From Geosiphon pyriformis uo1 (lineage: Eukaryota; Fungi; Glomeromycota), in assembly GCA_016748015.1 (NCBI GenBank), contig JAAOMT010000630.1, positions 124,001 to 188,000 of the forward strand: 64,000 bases of DNA, in the 5' to 3' direction. The number at the start of each line of letters is the position of its first letter. Within the stretch, counting starts at the first letter, position 1. The notes beneath the pieces are model-generated. The model was not told where the DNA came from and searched no databases. It worked only from the letters and a program-made list of their open reading frames with translations. Positions 1-14,103 of this stretch are shown piece after piece. The position numbers and the translations under genes are program-made.

Positions 1-2421
1 GATTGGTTTTTAATTCAATGGTCTCAAAATCTCTGGCATTAGTAACTGCAGCTTGAAGATTTGTTGGGTGTAATAGATGTACACATTGGAGGATGCTACT
101 GTGCAAGTCTTTAATAAATTGATTCAAAATCTGGACTGCAGTGAAATAATTAGCATCGATGACTTGTATTTGGCACAGATTTCGATGAAACCATTCCAAG
201 TAAGTAGTGACTGCTTTAGTATCTCCCTGTTTAATGGTAATAAAGGTATTGGCCAAGTGATTAATACTGTTGCTATTACTAAAATATCTTAAAAATTCCA
301 ATTTAAATGAATCAAATATTTGGGGTTTCTGAGCTAGACTATAATACCACGAGTTGGTGACATCTTAAAGAAAATAGAGGATTGCTTGAAAGGCTTTGGT
401 ATTATCCCAGTTATTGGTAGTAATGGGTTTGGTAATGTTATTAATCCATGTTTGGACGTCATCTTCTTCACTAGAAAATTTTTCTAGTTTTGCAATGAGT
501 GTATATGCCATTTGTGTAATCAATTGTTGTTGGGCTGGTAGTAGTTGAAGTTGTTGTTGCAGCTGTTGAAGTGGTTATTGTGGTTGTTGAGGTGGTTGAA
601 TTGGTTATTGAATAGGTTGTTGAAGCGGCTGCTGTTAAATTGGTTCAATAATCAGTTCAATGAGTGGCTAATTAATGACAATTACTAGAGGTAAGTTTTG
701 CTAATTAATTGTTTTGGAGTTTGGATTGTTTTGAGTTTGCTGGGTTTGAATGTTCAGAGTTTCAACTTCAGGATTTTCTAGAATTGGGTTTTGGTAAGTA
801 ACTTTTTGATTCTCACTTTTTTTTTCTTCTGATTCTATTACTTCTCACAGACTTGCAATTTCAAAATCTGGTTGAGATAGCAGTAATCAAAATTCTGATG
901 GCATTAGTAATCACAATTTAAATCCTTTAAAATATTCATCATATAGTCTTAATAACTTTGCTTTTCTTTGTTTACTTTGAAATAGAAATTGTCCAAAGAT
1001 TGATGTTATGTTTAATGTGGATGCATCTGCTGAGGAGATATTGATAGCATTTCCTGATGTATAATGGTATAATAGATTGGTTGGTAATTCAACTCTGGTT
1101 TTTTTTCAAGTGAGTGGTTGTATTTTTTTGGGTGTTACTGCTGGTGTTTGCAATTTTTCTTTGTCTTTGTCTGCATAGGTGATGAGGAATTGTTGTTGGG
1201 TGTAATTTTCAATAATTTAATTGATTTCCTCAATGATTGGTGTGAAACTGTAGTTTTTTGGTAAACTGGTATGTTGAAATAATTCTGTATAGAAATTTTC
1301 CCTTGCAGATTCAATGTTAACTGTTTCTCCTAAGCAGTTTGTGATTTTATTGTTGACATAAAAGTTGAAGGCTGATTCTGCTGGAAAATGGTTATTGTTT
1401 AATCTTAACTGTTGGCTGTACTGTTGAAACAAAAATTTGGTAAATTCTAAATGGTTGGTTCCTATGATTTCTGATTCTGCCACTTTTGGATGATTGTTGT
1501 TGGTGCTGGTTTTCTGTAAGATTATACTTCACAAAAAACACCAAATATTACAAGTAATTATTTGGGGTTTCAAATCAAATAACAAATCTGTAACTTGGTG
1601 CTCAAAAGCTATTTACATTGATGGTGATCTGAAAGTATTGTAATCTGAAGGTGTTATTATTTGAAGATTTTGGTTGAGTCTTTTGTATAATAGACAAAGA
1701 TTTATTTGTTGTCTTTTTAATAGCCTTCCAGAATTGCAATTCCATCAAATTTCTTTCTTAGTGTGATGGCCAGTAATTTGGCAGAGATGCCTTTCTGATA
1801 AGCTATTCTTAAAATCTCAATGTTATACTCTTTCTTTGAAGTCTTTTACCAGGCTATCCTTGACATCAATAATTCTGTGCTTTTCTTTTTAATCAATTAG
1901 TAAAACAAAAAAAATAAAAAAAAATAAAAAAAATAAAAAAAATAAAAAAATAAGCCAAGACAATAAAAGTTAGTATCCTGTTAATAGCCATAATTAAGAG
2001 CTATTGTTCCAATGTGATTAAGTATCAATTGTTATCAATATAAAATGTTAAAAGTGGAGAGAAAATTTGAGATAGTAAATAATTATTTATTTGATATTTT
2101 TAATGTAGAAGATTGCTTAGATTAAATCTAAACTAAGAGGTCTGTTTTTTCTACTTCTAATGCTACCAATATATATATATAATTGAAATTCCTCAATTCC
2201 TTAATTTTTTACATTAGGAATCCTGAAATTCCTGAAATTCTGCAATTCCTTTGAGAAAAATTTTGGAATTCTGAAATCCTGCAATTCTTTGTACAAGAAT
2301 CCTGAAATTTCTGGAATTCTGCAATTCTTTTGAGAAAAATCCTGAGATTCCATATTTACTATGGTTACTTCTAATTAGCTAATTTATATGCTAATATACT
2401 TTCTATATTCTATGAGTAACA
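1..2421 (-). mobile_element. Decayed Ty3/Gypsy LTR retrotransposon (family D): 5' LTR, PBS and gag; continues beyond the left edge of the window
   Basis: 5' LTR at 1546-2421, then PBS-like TT-TGGTGTTTTTTGTGAAG on the minus strand. Gag-like remnants include ORF 1217-1483, a Q/P-rich tract at ~530-660 and retrotransposon-gag-like sequence at ~100-500 with many stops. Confidence 0.85.
1546..2421 (-). repeat. 5' LTR of family D element
   Basis: Minus strand begins TGTTACTCATAG and ends ...CTTGTAATA (eroded TAACA). Reverse-complement homolog of 4686-5531. Contains TCCTGAAATTC-type repeats (~2185-2350) and an (A8T)n microsatellite (~1907-1952). Confidence 0.85.
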
Positions 2422-3650
2422 ACACTTTTTTGATTTTTACTTGTAGATTTTTTGGTATTTAATTGGAATTTTCTCTATTAAAAATATTTTTTTTACCATA
2501 ATCAATACTAATTTTCTCTATTAAATATTTTTTTTTATATTAATACTATTAGATTTAATAATATTACCAGTTTTGAAGCCCTAAAAATAATCAGTCAAAG
2601 CTTTAGTAAAAATTATCTTGCTATTAATATTGTTTTTTAAAACATTACTTCTTCTTTTCTTCTTAGAAAAAATTTGTTTGCTATTATTATTAAAACTAAG
2701 ATTCTTAACAAACTTTTTTATAACAGCTATACTAAGATCAACAATAATTATATAGTCAAATAGAAAAGATTTAGATTTATTATACTGAATAATTAAAAAT
2801 TTTTTTACAAAATAGTACTTTTTGATAGATTTTTTTGATATAAAAAAAAAAGTTCTTATAATTTTTTTGGTTATATTAATATTTAAAACTTAAATATATT
2901 AATTATAAAAAAAAGTTGTTTATACAAACATTAAAATTTTATTATTAATTATGTATTTTAAAAAGATTTAGATAACCAAAAAAATAAAATAAATAGAATA
3001 ATAAATTATATTTTATTTATATAAATTTTTATTAATAAAAAAATATACAATAAATTGTGTTAATATACAATATTAATTTATAATTAGATATTTAAAAAAA
3101 TTTTAATTTATATTATATATAATTAAGCTTTTGTTAAATTAAATAATTATATATATAATAAAAACAAAATTAAAAAAATAGCCATAATAAAAATTAATAA
3201 TATTATATTAGTATAAAGCTTTATAATTAAAAATATATTTATTAATAATTCAAATAAAAATTTACTTTTTATATTACTTAATAATTTAATTTAATAAATA
3301 CTATTAATTATTAATAAAAAAAACAAATTTATTAGCTAAATATTTAATTATATAAATATTGTTTAATTTTTTATCAATTTAAATATTTTAACAAATACAA
3401 TTTTATTTATAATTTAATATTATGTATTATTATTTATAAAATAATAAAAATAATTAAAAAATAATATAACATAAATTAACTAATTATATATTAAAAGTTA
3501 TCAGATAATATAATACTAAAAATTTTAAAAATACTAGTAAAAATGCTAAAAATTTCAAAAATATTAAAAATCTTAATAATAATTTAAAAAAATATTAAAA
3601 TTACTAAAGATTTCGAAAATTTCATATTGTAAAAATTTATGTATATATAA
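2422..3650. other. Extremely AT-rich eroded TE relic(s), family not identifiable
   Basis: Almost no G/C and no ORFs. Short tandem AATACTAAAAATTT(T/C)AAAA-like units at ~3510-3620. Confidence 0.45.
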
Positions 3651-4685
3651 TTATAGTTAAAATTCTAATTAAACTGAACTGAATTGAATTTTGAATGTTG
3701 TTTAAGTTCAACATTAAACTTTTTTAACAAATCTAAGTTTAATTCAAATTTGGTTTAAAGTTTATAAACTTATTTAAGTTTGATAGAATTAAAAAAAAAT
3801 ATAACTTGTATTACTTATTTATTAATTATTACTTTGTTTAATTACTATAATCAGTTAAAAAGATATATAAAATTATGCATATATAATAACTCTACTTTTT
3901 AACTTACCAAAATAAATTTATTGTCAGTATTATTTAATGTTACTAAAAATTCAAAATTCGAAATAATAGAATTTGATAACCCAAATAGTTTAAATATTAA
4001 TATATTTAGTAAACATAGTTTTCAAAGTGAAGTATGGAATTATTTTAATAAGTTTGAATGAATAAAAAAAAAACCAGCTAAATATACAGTTTTAAAATAT
4101 GTGCATAAACCTATTTTTTTGTAAAACTATAAGTATTACTAAACTTTTATGGCATTATTTAAAAACTTTTCACTAGACAGTATATATTACAATAAAAAAA
4201 TATCATAAAAAAAAAACAAAATATTTAGAAAGATTATAAGTTAATTAATAAAATGTTTTAACAGATAAGATTGGTATTTTTTTATAATTTTTGGCCAATT
4301 AATTAGAAAACTGCTTTAGTTTTTTGTAGTAACTATTATTAACATTGATAATAAAAAACTTTATAACATAATTACTATTTGGCTTATTAACTGCCAATAA
4401 TTATTTTTTATAATAGAAGATCCTAAAGTAATCGAAATATTTCAATATTTAAACCATATTTTTTAATCTGTTTGTGCTAATGTAATTAAAAATTGAGTTA
4501 AAAAATTTTATGTTTTGGGTAGACAAAAATTAAAAATAAGCACTACTTTTATTATAAAATATTTTTTTTCTTTTATCTATACTTATAATATAATAGACAT
4601 ACTTAGATATTATTAAGTTCAAAATTTTTTTTACATTAAATCTTTAAATATTTCCCAATAATAAAGTCTTTGTTTTTATTATCAC

Positions 4686-5531
4686 TGTTACTCATAGAAT
4701 ATAGAAATTATATTAACATATAAATTAGCCAATCAAGAGTAGTCGTAGTAAATGTAGAATTCCAAGATTTTTCTTAAAGGAATTGCAGAATTCCAAAAAT
4801 TTCAGGATTCTTGTACAAAGAATTGCAAGATTCCAGAATTCCAGAATTTTTCTTAAAAAAATTGCAAGATTCTTGGAGTAAAGAATTAAGGAATTGAGGA
4901 ATCTCAATTATGTATATATATTAGTAGCATTAGAAGTAGAAAAAACAGACCTCTTAGTTTAGATTTGATCTAAGCAATCTTTCATATCACAAATATTAAA
5001 TAAATAATTATTCATTATCTCTAATCCATTCTTCACTATCAACACTTCATGTTGATAATAATTAATACTTAACCACACTGGAACAATAGCTTTTGATTAC
5101 GGCTATTGATAAGATACTAACTTTTATTGTTTTGGTTTATTTCTTTATTTTCTTTTATTTTTTTTATTTTTTTTATTTTTATTTTTATCTCTTTTGTTGT
5201 GTACTAATTGATTAAAGAATTAAAGTGCTGAGTTATTGACATCAAGGATTGCCTGGTAAAAGACCCCTACAAATGGGTAGAGCACATAAAAAAATTACAA
5301 ATTACTTATCAGAGGAATACTGGCCATTAAGCTGAAAAAAAAAATTGACAGAATTGTAATTCTGGGAAGCTACAAATAAACAACTATTGAATCTCTGTTC
5401 ATTATAAAAAGGATTCAACTAAAACTTTTAGATACAGCAACTTACAGATATTACCAACAACATTAAATCAATTGAGCACCAAGTTACGAGTTTGTTATTT
5501 GATTTGAGACCCCAAATAATCACTTGTAACA
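4686..5531 (+). mobile_element. Solo LTR of family D (or a close subfamily)
   Basis: TGTTAC...GTAACA termini; 4-bp TSD tcac/ttac (one C>T); no internal domain; homologous to 1546-2421 in opposite orientation. Confidence 0.88.
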
Positions 5532-5741
5532 TTACTTATTATATCAATAATAATTAAAACTTTCAACAAACAATAATTGATTTTGAATTAATAAGTGAAC
5601 AATATAATGAAATAAATATTGCAAATAGATTTTTTAAAGTATTAGAAGATTATAAAATTACATCAAAGATACATATATATATTTTTATATAAATTTGAGT
5701 TAGTTAATAACCAATAATAAGATTGGCATACTATGTAACAT

Positions 5742-5967
5742 ATTAGTATTATTTAAAGCTTAGAGTTATCATAATGCTTATATTATTAAAAATTATGTTT
5801 TCTTAATGTTGGTTTAAGTTGGTTTTTATTATTGCTCAGAGCTGAATTTTTGGCATTAGCATTATTTAAAGCTTAGAGTTACTATAATGCCCATATTATC
5901 AAAAATTGCATTTTTTTAACATTAATTTAAGTGGTTTTTATTATTGTTTTAAGCCAAATTTTTAGCC
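5742..5967. repeat. Two tandem ~113-bp diverged repeats inside the hAT relic
   Basis: ATTAG(T/C)ATTATTTAAAGCTTAGAGTTA begins at both 5742 and 5855, and similarity runs over the whole unit. Confidence 0.75.
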
Positions 5968-7069
5968 AAAAAAATTAAAAAAAAAGTTTAAAAAAGAGTT
6001 ATACTTATTCTTTTTTTATACAAATTTACTATTAATTTTATTAATTATAATCTAATTTTTTTTAACAGCTTCTTACTATTACTCTTAATAATACTGCAAA
6101 TAATAATACTTTCATAGAAGAGTTAAAAAAAATCAAAAGAAGAAAACATTTAATGGAACTCAAAAATTTTTGATTTTGATGTTTTGATTATATTTTAAAC
6201 TTGGCAGTACATATGGCTTTAAATAAAATAAAAAATAATGTTTCCAAGATATTTGTTAAAAACCCAAACCAAATATATTTACCTGAAATTTTCTTAATAT
6301 AAACTTTGTATAAATTAAAGATTGGAGAACTTAACTTTGCAATTTATATTTTATCTCAACATTTTGAGCTTCTTAAACATATTTTTAATACATGTCAAAT
6401 TAAATACCATAAACTTATAATACAGATACAAATTTTAATTTGAAATAATTTGAATAAATTTTAATAATGTTAAAATTTCACTTTTTTACAAAAATAAATT
6501 TAAAAATAGCATTAAAATTTTAACAATTATAATACAATTAATATTAAGATTTAGTTTAATAAAAAAAATTAGGACAAAAAATAATAATTAATATAAATAT
6601 ATATAAAACATTATTATTATAATACAAAAAAATTTATAAAAAATTTATAAAATTAAATCAAAAAAAAATATCACAAATTATATTGTTTTAATTAAAATAA
6701 TTTAATTAAGTTTAATAAAAACAAAAAAAAACTTAAAAATTACAGTAAAAAAATAAATAAATTTGAATCTACCAAAAAAATTAATATATAAATAAATATA
6801 ACAAAAATATTTTTAATTAAAAAAAATTATCTTTATTAATTAAATTGTTTCAATTGTATTATATAATTACTATTTACTAAAAATATTCAGAAAAATCAAA
6901 AACCAATTTTAAATTTTTAAGACAGAATTAGCAATTTGTTAATTTAAATTTATTATTATTACTAATAAATATTAATTAAAGATTACAAAAAACTTCTTTC
7001 TCTTGTTTATTCCAAATTCCCAAAAAAGAGCCAAAAATTTTTCTAAAAGAAGTTTTTCATTATTTAGCA

Positions 7070-8870
7070 TGATAAATCCAAACTGTTTTTGCTTGATTAC
7101 AAGACCACCATTGGCCATAGTATTGCTGTTCTGAACAAGTCTATTATAGAGCCTGGTTTTAACATTAGTGTCAAGTCTGCTGAGTCTAAGAAGAAGAGGA
7201 GAGGTGGTGCTTTGAAAGATGATATTAGTAATAGAAAAATTACTACTGCTAAAAGGTCAAGTCGTCATTTTTGGGGTTCTGAGACTGGTGATACTACTGA
7301 GTCAGATAGTGTAGACATGGAAAAAAAGTGTCTGGTTGAAAAAACCAGCTTCAATTATAGAGAAAATAAAGTTCTCACTGGAGGAGATTCGAAACAAACA
7401 CCTAAAGGTTCAAAAATTTTAACCAAGAGAGCACTGGGGAAACCACTGAAAAAAATTAACTTCTTGGATGATGATGATAATGACATACTTTTAAACACCC
7501 TGTTGACACTCCCCTCCTTCCTAAAAACTCTGGTAGACATTTCAGTTAGAAAATCATTTGCTTTGGATATTGGCTTGGACAAGATGGTTGGAAAATCTTT
7601 TCAAGAGAAGCTTCAGGTGGTCAAGAAGTTATTTTCAAGAATCAATAATTTTGGGAGGGCCTCTACTCTCTCAAAATTTGCTGGTATTATTAGAACATCG
7701 TTTATTTCTGAATCTAGCTTAGCACAGACTTTCAAAAAAGCTGAAGAAGCAAAGATCTTGGTAAACACTAATCTCAAGAAATCAACTGGTCACTCAGATC
7801 AGGCTGTGGTGGTCAAAGAAATTCCAGTTGGAACTTTAGCTGAGGCTGTGCACACTGCACTATCTGAGTTTGGAATAATTAAGTCAATCAAGATGCAATT
7901 GGTGGGGCTGTGGCAGAAAGCAGTAGTGGAGTTTGAGCAGGTTGATTATGCTGATTTGGTCATAGCAAGATGATCTATCCTAATTGGGAAAGATACAGTG
8001 CATGTTACTAAGACAGATATAGATAAGGAATCATGAGATGCAAGAGATCAGCATAAGACACTGCTCTATACACTACTATTGGAAACAAATGCCCATGACA
8101 TTTGGGATTTCATTGGCTCTGTGGGTAGAAAAACATGTGTTATCGATCATCATCCTGTTATGTATGCTTAGGCCAGATGTGCTGTAGTCTGTTTTGAGTT
8201 GGCTGAATCATTGGATGCTGTTATAGACACTACTCCAGTTTTGAGAAGCATGAATCTATGTTGGTCTTATCTGGGTTTCTTTAGGTGTGCAAAGTGTGGG
8301 AAATTGGGTTATATATTATTAGACTGTTTAATAAATAAGAATCTCCCTTCTGAAAGATCTTCTTGTAAAGTGCTTTTAAGCAAGAATAAAAGCAGACTGG
8401 TTACCATTTATGCCAAACATTTGGCTCCTGTTGCTTGTCTTGTTGCTTTTGATAGAGTTTCTTGGACTCAGATTGCTGGTGGATTTTTATTTCCTCCTCT
8501 CTGTACATAGTAATTTGGTCAATTCTGGCTCTTTTTTGGAGATAAAGCCTACCCTTCTTGTTACATCTAATGTTGAAAAAAGGTTTGCTATTTTGAAAAG
8601 CAGTTTTACCACCCTCACAAGACAAATTAGTGAGTTGGCTAAGAGGTTGAACTCACTCGTGCCAGCAGTTTTCCAGCCTAGTCTTAAATGTTAGCTGCTG
8701 ATGATCCCCCATCACAGGATCAAGTGAGTGATGTAGTAATGGAAGAGGGTTTGAGTGGAACCACAGGTGGTAAGACTGCTGTAAACTTGGACTTTTCTGT
8801 GTCATCTGAAGTAAAAAGGCTAAAAAGCATGCTAAAAAGATTTTCTGCTTTGGTTCTGAGTCTAACAGCA
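7070..8870 (+). pseudogene. LINE ORF1 (RRM-like region and eroded CCHC knuckle), disrupted
   Basis: ORFs 7089-7973 (VVVKEIPVGT...FGIIKSIKMQLVGLWQKAVVEF) and 8199-8510 (CAKCGKLGY..LDC); homologous to 14519-15583. Confidence 0.75.
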
Positions 8871-8912
8871 TTCAATTTTGGCCAGTGGTGCACTTTCCAA
8901 ACTCTTTTCTCA

Positions 8913-11900
8913 ATGATCAGTCTAGTTTGGAAGATTACTACTTGCAATATTAGAGGAATAAACAATCCTGCCAAGCAAGATAATATTATTTGTTGGCATA
9001 AAGATATGAACAATTTGATTTCAATTTTTACTAAGACAAAGTTAAAAGGCAGAGTTTGTCCTTGGATTACCAATAAATTTAATGGTGTTTGTATTTTTAC
9101 CTCTGGTCTGAATTCTGGTCATTTGGATTCTAATGTGACAATTGTCATGGACAACTTTCTGGCAAGACACGTTTGTAAGGTTTCTGAGGTGTTTGGATGG
9201 CTCCTTTCTATTAGATTACTCTTTAAAAACAAACTTTCTGTTTCAATTTTGGGATTGTATACTGGCACTTCTCCGGATGTTTGGTTTTCTTAAGCTGGCA
9301 ACATCAATTTGTTGATTGCCAGGGCTGTAAACAAATCCTTCTTTATTGTGCTGGGTGGTAATTTCAATGAGGATAGTTCACATAAGAGTGCTAGTTTCAA
9401 GAAATGCTCAGACCTCGGCTTGATTAATTCTTTGGGTGGGAGCTTGTTTGCTAAAATGCCAATGTGAGCTAACTTTTGAGGTATTACTAAGACTATTGAT
9501 TACATATTCATTTTTCACAACTTGGTTAGTGCAGTAGTTGATCATGATATAGCCAATATTGGTGACCATTTTGACTCTGATCATAGAGCAGTTTCTGTGC
9601 ATATGGGCTTGGACAGATTTTTAGATATGCATCTGAATTCCATTCACAAGCAAGCAAATAAAAATCATTAGAAGTTTGATATCAAAAATGCTGATGAAGC
9701 AAAGTGGCTTGAGTTTAAGAGTGCTATGTCTGCTAATACGTCTATGTTTACAAATAAGTTTGATGTTGCTGTGAGGTTTTCAGATCTGGATGCAATGTGA
9801 GATATTGTTCACAAAGTAATAATTCTTTTAACCAATAAAACATTTAAAAAGAAATGATTCAAAGATTTTAGCAGTATTTTTACCAAGGCAACTTTTAGGT
9901 TTCATAAACTGAAGCTGCTGGTTTCTAAGCTGGTTAAGACTTTACATTTGGTTTCCAGTAATAATTTTGCTTTGTTGTTGGGAAAATAGAACATACTTGA
10001 CTTTGTTAGTACTTCAGCAGTGAAAGCTCTTTTTCTTTCAGATTCTAATTTTAATACTATTTATTTTGTACTGGCCAAAGCAAGGAAATTATACCACTTT
10101 TCCAAACTGCTGGAGTCTAAATGTGCTGAGGAATATTTTATCAAACAGGCCATCAATAAGAGGATGGAAAGTTTTGAGCTAGACAAGGGTTAAACAATCA
10201 GAAGTGTGTTGAAGCATCTTTTTTGCAAGGTGGTCTTGAATCATTTGGTTATGAGGGATGAGTTAGTTCTGAAGTCTATTTTGGTTAAGTCTAAGGTAAA
10301 TGTTATTATGAAAAAATGGACCAGAAAATGTAGAGTGGTACTTGACATCTCCAATGACTGAACTTGTCAATATTTGCCTTTGGATCATGTTTTTGATGGC
10401 ATTTTTTCTGGTGTAATGTGCTTAATTGGTTTTGATGAAATGTTTGCTGTGGTTAAAGATCTACCAGATAAGAAAGCTGCTGGCATTTCTGGCATCTCTA
10501 ACAAATTATGAAAGCATTGTGACAAGTTGGTTTTAGATATGCTTCTGTTGCTCTTGAACTTTTGCCTGATTGGTGAGTCTGTGCCTGAACCTTGGATGAA
10601 TATTTGGGTTTTAATGATTCCTAAACCATATGAATAGGAGGGTGTTCTTATGAATACTCATCTTATTGCTCTGATTGAGACAGCTTGTAAAATCCTTTTC
10701 AAGATGCTTTTGGATAAAATCTCTTTGGCTTGTAGTACTTTTGATGTTCTCTGTGAAGACAACTTTTTTGTGTTGAAAAACATGTCGACACAATCTCCTA
10801 TCTTTACTATTGGTTCTGTGATTGAGAATGCTTTGGAAAAAAATAGAGAACTTTGGATGGTTTTGCAGAACATATGCAAAGCTTATGATTCAGTTGGCTG
10901 GGAACATCTCAAAAGAAATTTGGTTAGAATCAAGATGTATAACAGATTTATTAGATTTTTTGGTAGCATTCACAATGGTCATACAAACAGAGTTATGACT
11001 GACTTTGGATTAACTGATGGATATTGTGTTTATGACAGGTTAGATCAAAGGGAAGTTTTCTCGCCCCTTCTTTGGTGTATATTCTATAATCCACTTTTGT
11101 GTGAAGTCAAGAGACAGGAGAGTGTATGTGGTTACAGATTGGACTCTTATTTTATTTCCAAAACTGGCAGAGTGGAATCCCAGATTGGGTTGATGTCATT
11201 TTTTACTGCTGGGGCTTTTGTTGATAATACAATATGAATTGGCAATAGCCAGGCTGCTATGCAACACATTCTCAATATTGCAAGTGAATTTTACAGAATT
11301 AATGACATTTTTATCAACAATAACAAGACCATGGCCATTTTTATCAACTGTACAGTTTCAAACTCCTATTTGACTATTAGTGGCTTGCTTATTTCTGTTG
11401 CAAAAAAGAAAGAACCTCATCACTATTTTGGTATTTTCTTATCTTCTAAAAGTTTATCAAAGCCTAGCTTGGCTAAGGCAAAGTCGGATGTTCAGTTTTT
11501 TGTCAACTTGGTGTTAAAAAAAGCAATCTCAGATAAACAGTTTGTGTATTTGGTGTCTGTTGTTTTCTTTCTGATTGTCAATTACTGTACTCAGTTCAGT
11601 TTCATCTCTGTTAATGTGTGCAATAAATAGGACACTTTGATTTGCAAGAGCTTGAAGTTTAAATCTGGTTTACCACTCAATTTCCCCAGTGATGCTCTTT
11701 ATTAACCCTTTTTATATGATTTAAAGACTTTTGAACAAGTTCAGACTGAAAATAAATCTGCCTCCATTGTTTCTTTTGCAAACTCTGTTGGAATTTTGGG
11801 TCGGTTGTTCTCTCACAGGTCCTATGACCTCTAGGTTCTCAGTTGGCATCCCTATTATTCTTTACAGTTTCCAGTTTGTATTAGAGTCTGTCTCTTAGAT

Positions 11901-13601
11901 AATTTTTTGGCAGGTGTGATCTGTATTTTTTCTGAATGCAATTTGTCTTTGGGCAGTCTTCTGGCTGGTGCTTTTTATCTTCATAGTAGTACTCCTATGT
12001 ATCTTGTCCTTGGTGAGCATTATTTCTTCAAGTGTGTCTCTTCACTTAGGCACTATGAAATCACTTTTGTGGAGCAACTACATGATCAAAGTGGCACTGT
12101 TTTTTGTTAGAAAATCTTTAAAAGGTGGAAGCAAATGGATCTCCGTGGTCCAATCCTTGTTTGGTTTAAAATTTCTGTTTGCTTTCTCAATGGTTTGGTG
12201 TCTTCTTTTGATGGCCCTCCACTTTTGGATGGTTTGGCTTTTTCTGATATTCGACATTTTCATGTATTTGGTATTGTTGGTGAAAATTTGTTGCAGGCTA
12301 GTATTGTTCATCTTTCTGTATACATGGATGGATCTCTGAGTGGCTTGGATACTTCTGATATGAGAGCTGATATGGCTGTTTATTTTGAGGATGTGAATTT
12401 GGGTATAGGTGTGGGAGTGTCTGGCTTGGTTTTCTCTACAATGGCAGAGCTGCAGGCAATTACTTTGGCTCTCAAGTGTGTTCCTTTCTCTTATTCAATT
12501 GATCTATTTTCAGACAGCCAGACAGCTTTGGATGCATACAAGTCTGAGTCTTTATTGATTAGTCCGGATTTTAGGAATCAGTGTTGAGTGGAACATTGCC
12601 ATGTGGTGAATACTATACATTGCAAGAATTTGGATGTTTATTAAATCAAGGTTAAAAGTCACTCTGGAGTTTTGAGTAATAAATATGCTGATGCTCTCAC
12701 AGAGGCTGCTGCCTTCTTGGATTGGTGTTTACTTCATAGAATTAGCAACCACTTTCTGAAGGCCAATGGTGTTGTTGTTTCCAGTAATTCTAGACATTTT
12801 GTTCATGATGTTTTCTGGTCTGTTCACCATGTACACTGAGAGGTTGGCTCTGGTTCTCGGGTTGTGGCAGAGAGTTTTCATGGCAATATTGATTGAACGA
12901 GATCATCTTTGGTGTGACATCCAGATGCTCATTTGGCTGTTGGCTTTACTAATGCACAGACTGCTAACTTTTGCACTTATTTTATGAAAGCCTTGCATCA
13001 CCAGCTTCTAGTTGTCATGCAAAAGTGGCAATACAATAAGTGATATCCTAGTGTGGTGTGTTTATTCTGTGGTGACATTGAAGTATCAGATCATATCTTC
13101 TCTTGTCTATTTGAGACTGTTAGTTGTGTTCAGTTGATGGCCATTTATGCTTCAGCTTGGGAAGTATGCTCTGGTTTGTCTTGTTCTTTTTTGTATGTTT
13201 CTCAGTTTTTGTTCACTTGTAGCTCCAATTTGGTAGTTGGAACAGCTCTGTACAAGGGTTTTGTTTTTAATGAATGATATCGTGAATCTGTTTCTGTGTT
13301 CAGAAATTTTAAGGTTGCAGGTCAGAACATTGTGAATTTTGTACATGTATTTTGTTTTGCATTCTGTGATAATATATGGCTGGTTTGCACCAAACACCAG
13401 GTTTTTATAGAAAAAAATGGATTGATTCTACATAATGGTTCCATTCTTATCCTGGTTGCTAGTCACTCTTTGGTTTTTTCAGTTGGTGTAATTAGATTAT
13501 TGGGTATTGCTAATGTATTTGGTGTTAGTTTTGGATTTTATAAGCCCTGTTTGTTTTTTTCAGGTATTGGAGACAAAATTTTTGTTCATATAAGTGTCTA
13601 G
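8913..13601 (+). pseudogene. LINE ORF2: AP endonuclease, reverse transcriptase, RNase H, C-terminal Cys/His motif; many stops
   Basis: TCNIRG and LGGNFN/IDYIF/DSDH APE motifs; KAYDSV, QREVFSPLLW and AFVDNT (eroded FVDD) RT motifs; YMDGS, AELQAI and FSDSQ RNase H motifs; CLFCGDIEVSDHIFSC. Confidence 0.88.
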
Positions 13602-14103
13602 TGTTGTTCTAATTGGCTTGAATGACTAGTCATGTGTAAAGAATACATGATTTGCACCTAGTTTGGATCATTTGTATGGTTTATAGCTCTAGGCCACATT
13701 TGAACTTTACTCATTAAATGTAATAAAAAAAAAAAATTACAAAAACATTCAAATTTTAATTCATAATATTATAAAAAACAATATTAAAATATCAATAAGT
13801 GTAATTATTAAATATTTAAGCTTAAAATTAAAAAAACAATTATTATTACAATATATTTCAAATTTTTTTAAAATTATATAAATATGTAAATTTTATTATA
13901 AATTTGGACCAAAACAAAAAAATATTATTTGTTTTAACCAAAAAAATTAGAAAAAATAAACTTAAAAAACTTAAAATCATTTTAACAAATTATAAATTAA
14001 AATACTATTTAATAATTATATTAATATTTTTGCAAAAAAAGAAAAATAAACTTAATTTAATACCAAATTAAAATCAAAGATACTATGTTAATAAAAAGAA
14101 AAA

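Larger units (their letters stand above)
3653..6480 (+). mobile_element. Degenerate hAT (BED zinc-finger) DNA transposon relic, interrupted by a solo LTR
   Basis: Eroded motifs: SEVWNYFNKF (~4027, BED start), WLIN..F.IIEDP.VIEIFQYLN (~4380-4455), TLNNTANNNTF (~6081, DNA-motif region) and CF.YILNLAV (~6179, the RC..H.LNL motif). Boundaries approximate. Confidence 0.7.
6992..13736 (+). mobile_element. Full-length decayed non-LTR retrotransposon (LINE): ORF1 plus ORF2 (APE-RT-RNase H-Cys motif)
   Basis: Poly(A) at 13725-13736; ~10-bp TSD ATTACAAAAA at 6982-6991 and 13736-13745; ORF1 and ORF2 domain remnants in the expected order. Confidence 0.92.

Noticed and set aside
1546-5531. DNA transposon or foldback element with long TIRs
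   Set aside because: Each arm has TG..CA LTR ends; one has a PBS and gag, the other its own 4-bp TSD. They are independent LTR insertions.
5717-6012. MITE around the 113-bp tandem pair
   Set aside because: The putative TIRs are too eroded to support, and no TSD could be confirmed.
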